A stretch of 38,331 nucleotides of DNA, from assembly GCA_041671205.1 (NCBI GenBank), contig JBAZCD010000001.1, positions 1 to 38,331 of the forward strand. Direction: 5' to 3'. The notes under the pieces were generated by a model, which saw only the letters and a program-made list of their open reading frames with translations, was not told the DNA's origin and ran no database searches. Below are positions 35,490 through 38,331 of this stretch, in pieces (the first letter of the stretch is position 1; the number at the start of each line of letters is the position of its first letter). A program made the translations under genes and the position numbers. The stretch comes from Pedobacter sp. GTDB lineage: Bacteria; Bacteroidota; Bacteroidia; Sphingobacteriales; Sphingobacteriaceae.

Positions 35490-36332
35490 ATGATGATGGA
35501 TAAATTTAAAACGGCTTTGGCCAAAAAGGTAAGGGGTTTGAGAAAAAATCTGGGGTTTTCGCAGGAAGAGATAGCTAAGAAAATGAATCTTCACCGGCCA
35601 ACAATTTCGCAGATAGAGAGTGGGGAAAGAGAAATTTCGGCTGAAGAATTGGTTAAACTGGCAATGATCTTCGGAGTTACGATAGATGAGTTGACAACGG
35701 CAATAACAGAAGAAGACCAGAAGCCGGAGCCGAAGCAAGAAGGCGATAAAGTAATCACATTTTTCCGGCACGGAGAAGCCATTGACGATATTTACGACCA
35801 ATACGGGGGCTGGGCTGACCCGGAAATGTCACCCAAGGGGGTAAGCAAAGCTTACCAAATCGCCACTAACTTGTGCCGCCAGGGAGAAAAATACCAAATA
35901 ATTTTTTGCTCTCCGCTGAAACGAGCCAGGATTTTTGCTGAAATTATGGGCAGAGAGATGAAGGCGGAAGTAAAGGTGATGCAGTATCTTAAGGAGCGAA
36001 ACACTTATGGCTTACTAAGCGGGATTAATAAAACAGTGGCTAAGAAAAGGTTCCCGGAACTGGTGACTGATTACGAACAAGGAAAATATGTGTTGGGATC
36101 GGAAAGAAAAGATGACTTTGAATCACGGATTCCCTTAATATTTGAATACCTGAAAAGGCAGGATGTTAAAAATATTGGCTGTATTACTCATGGAAAAGTC
36201 CTGGCGGCAGTTATTGGCCAGATGCTGAAAATGAAACCAAAAAGCCTGGAAGAAGGAGCGATGCTCAAAGTAGGGATGGATGACAAAAGCAATTATTATA
36301 TTCAATCAGAGGGAATTGCCTTTGATAAATAA
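35490..36332 (+). CDS. XRE HTH-histidine phosphatase fusion
   Basis: SQEEIAKKMNLHRPTISQIESGER; FFRHGE; SPLKRA; ITHG. Confidence 0.9.
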   Translation: MMMDKFKTALAKKVRGLRKNLGFSQEEIAKKMNLHRPTISQIESGEREISAEELVKLAMIFGVTIDELTTAITEEDQKPEPKQEGDKVITFFRHGEAIDDIYDQYGGWADPEMSPKGVSKAYQIATNLCRQGEKYQIIFCSPLKRARIFAEIMGREMKAEVKVMQYLKERNTYGLLSGINKTVAKKRFPELVTDYEQGKYVLGSERKDDFESRIPLIFEYLKRQDVKNIGCITHGKVLAAVIGQMLKMKPKSLEEGAMLKVGMDDKSNYYIQSEGIAFDK

Positions 36333-36334
36333 TT

Positions 36335-36967
36335 ATGAAAATATACTTTGTCCGACACGGTGAAAGCTTTGACGATGTTTATAACGAATATGGATCGTGG
36401 TCGGAAAGAGAATTAACACCCCAGGGGATAAAAACGGCTTTTAATATTGCAGAAAAATTAAAAAAGATCGGATTAAAATGGGATGTTATCTTGGCCTCCC
36501 CACTGAAAAGAGCCTGGCAAACGGGTGAAATTATAGCTAATGAGCTAAATTTGCCCATGCTGGATGATCCTTACCTTAAAGAACGAAATACATACGGATT
36601 GCTAACCGGGGTCAACAAGGATTTGGCAATTGAAGAATACCCGGAGATGAACGCAGCCTTCCTGGAAGGAAGATACATTGTGGGATCGGAGCGATACCCG
36701 GATTTTGTAGCCAGGATAAAAGCCTGGATAAAAGCGGTGAAAATAATGAAATATCAGAATATTATTTGCGCAACTCATGGACATGTTATTACGGCTTTGG
36801 TGGAGGAATTATTTGGTGTTACCAGAAACAGCGTCGGTAACGGGAGTATTTTGGGAATCGAATTGGATAAGAAAAATAAAAAAATAATTTTTGCGGACGG
36901 GATAACTTTTACCAGAGACGAGAATGTGGGACGGGGGGTAGCGTTGAGGAAATTTAAGGTGGATTGA
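36335..36967 (+). CDS. Histidine phosphatase family protein
   Basis: YFVRHGES, SPLKRA, ATHG; shares YLKERNTYGLL with the upstream gene. Confidence 0.92.
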   Translation: MKIYFVRHGESFDDVYNEYGSWSERELTPQGIKTAFNIAEKLKKIGLKWDVILASPLKRAWQTGEIIANELNLPMLDDPYLKERNTYGLLTGVNKDLAIEEYPEMNAAFLEGRYIVGSERYPDFVARIKAWIKAVKIMKYQNIICATHGHVITALVEELFGVTRNSVGNGSILGIELDKKNKKIIFADGITFTRDENVGRGVALRKFKVD

Positions 36968-37005
36968 GATTGCTTCTCCCGACATAAAGTCGGAATCGCA
37001 ATGAC
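36966..37005. repeat. REP-like palindromic element
   Basis: GAGATTGCTTC...TCGCAATGAC with an internal CCGAC-ATAAA-GTCGG hairpin. Confidence 0.65.
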
Positions 37006-37045
37006 ATAGGGTGGAATTGATTTATGATTTATGAAATATGATTCA

Positions 37046-37086
37046 TGAATAAATACTAATTTCTAAATTCTAAATACTAAATAAAT
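37046..37086. repeat. Heptamer-periodic AT-rich repeat, copy 2
   Basis: 38/41 identical to 34711-34751; periodicity extends on both sides. Confidence 0.75.
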
Positions 37087-37171
37087 CCAAATTCCAAAAT
37101 TCAAATTTCAAAACTAAAAAATACTAAACATGGAACCTATGGGACAGAAAGGACAAATGTGGCGGATGTGC

Positions 37172-37201
37172 TTATTCTAAATAATCCTGCAACTTTTTAC
37201 G
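37172..37201 (-). repeat. Synonymously recoded duplicate of the rpoD 3' end
   Basis: CGT AAA AAG TTG CAG GAT TAT TTA GAA TAA = RKKLQDYLE*, the same peptide as the rpoD end (AGG AAG AAA TTG CAG GAC TAC TTA GAA TAG). Confidence 0.85.
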
Positions 37202-37231
37202 CCCACCTACGCAAAGCTTCGGCGGGTAAAC

Positions 37232-38317
37232 CTATTCTAAGTAGTCCTGCAATTTCTTCCTTCTTGAAGGGTGCCTTAACTTACGTAAAGCCTTCGCTTC
37301 GATTTGGCGGATGCGCTCGCGGGTGACATTGAAAATCTTGCCAACTTCCTCGAGAGTTTTGGGCGTCTCCCCCATCAGGCCAAAACGGAGAGACAAAACT
37401 TTGGATTCGCGTTCATCGAGAGAATTTAAAACTTCTTCGATAGATTCACGCAAAAGCTCCTTGGAGGTTTCGTCGTAAGGGGAAGGCTGGGTGGTATCTT
37501 CGATAAAATCACCCAAAAACGAATCCTCGTCGTCGCCTACCGGAGTGGCCAGCGATGTAGTATCTTGAGAGATACGGTAGATTTCTTCAACTTTGTCGAC
37601 CGATATTTCGCATTCTTTGGCAATTTGCTCGGTGGTAGGCTCGTGACCTAAGCGCTGGGTTAAGGCCCGGGTGGCTTTGTAGACTTTGTTGATAGTTTCG
37701 ACCATGTGGACAGGAATACGGATAGTTTTGGCCTGATCGGCGATAGCCCGGGTGATAGCCTGACGGATCCACCAGGTGGCGTAGGTAGAAAATTTGAAAC
37801 CGCGCTTCCAGTCGAACTTTTCGACCGCCCGCATTAAACCCTGATTGCCTTCCTGGACTAAATCCAAAAATGACAAACCGCGGCCGATATATTTTTTGGC
37901 GATGGAAACCACTAACCTTAAATTGGCGTTTATTAGAGCCTCGCGGGACTTGCTGGAGCCTTTTTCGATTTCCTGGGCCAGCCTAACTTCGTCGGCAAAG
38001 ACCAGAAGATTGATTTTGCCGATTTCTTTGAGATACATGCGGACGGAATCAACGGTGCCTTTTTGGGACAGAAGTGCCAGAAGATCGGCACTATTGATAC
38101 GCGCCTTTTCGGCTTCAAGAGCTTCTTTGGACTCTACCTTGTCGAAAACATCTACCCCTTTGGCGAAAAGATAATCAAAGATATCGTCGATAACTTCAAT
38201 ATTTTTTTCGGGCTCGGGAAAATGGTTTAAAATTTCTTCGTTGGTAAGGTAATGAAGCTTTTTGGCCTGACTGACCAGTGACTGTTTGATTTTGGGGATA
38301 TTGATGGGAACAGGCAT
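37232..38317 (-). CDS. rpoD: RNA polymerase primary sigma factor (sigma70)
   Basis: [70 protein letters not shown]. Confidence 0.97.
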   Translation of the reverse strand: MPVPINIPKIKQSLVSQAKKLHYLTNEEILNHFPEPEKNIEVIDDIFDYLFAKGVDVFDKVESKEALEAEKARINSADLLALLSQKGTVDSVRMYLKEIGKINLLVFADEVRLAQEIEKGSSKSREALINANLRLVVSIAKKYIGRGLSFLDLVQEGNQGLMRAVEKFDWKRGFKFSTYATWWIRQAITRAIADQAKTIRIPVHMVETINKVYKATRALTQRLGHEPTTEQIAKECEISVDKVEEIYRISQDTTSLATPVGDDEDSFLGDFIEDTTQPSPYDETSKELLRESIEEVLNSLDERESKVLSLRFGLMGETPKTLEEVGKIFNVTRERIRQIEAKALRKLRHPSRRKKLQDYLE

Positions 38318-38331
38318 TAGTAATTCAATTT

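Noticed and set aside
37172-37261. DGR template/variable repeat pair
   Set aside because: The differences are synonymous rather than adenine-specific, and there is no reverse transcriptase in the window.
1-38331. CRISPR array, integron, complete prophage or conjugative system
   Set aside because: No regularly spaced repeats, cas, intI/attC, structural phage genes or T4SS genes were seen.

Overview
Most of the window (~300-33740) is a tandem array of mobile elements stacked at the 3' end of one minus-strand tRNA-Asn(GUU) gene (33737-34068), which is split by a 257-nt group I intron. Three ~8-10 kb elements, C (6434-15902), B (15898-23743) and A (23739-33743), each end in a different large serine recombinase (LSR). 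Each LSR ORF runs through the shared core GCTCC in the same frame, so its C-terminal tail is probably supplied by the neighbouring element or by the tRNA antisense strand. An integrase-less element (D, 1068-6331) and two small tRNA-linked units with shared end motifs (300-1072, 6326-6438) lie further left. Cargo includes a Lamassu-type defence operon under an R-M-controller-like HTH protein with four operator sites, an SF1 helicase-nuclease, a REase plus 988-aa helical protein pair, a ClpP-class protease, a TerS-like protein and a Rep/SpoVG/Xis module. The right end is host DNA (histidine phosphatases, rpoD, REP-like hairpins). The style suggests Patescibacteria/CPR, which is inference only. 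All family calls come from reading motifs by eye; no searches were run.
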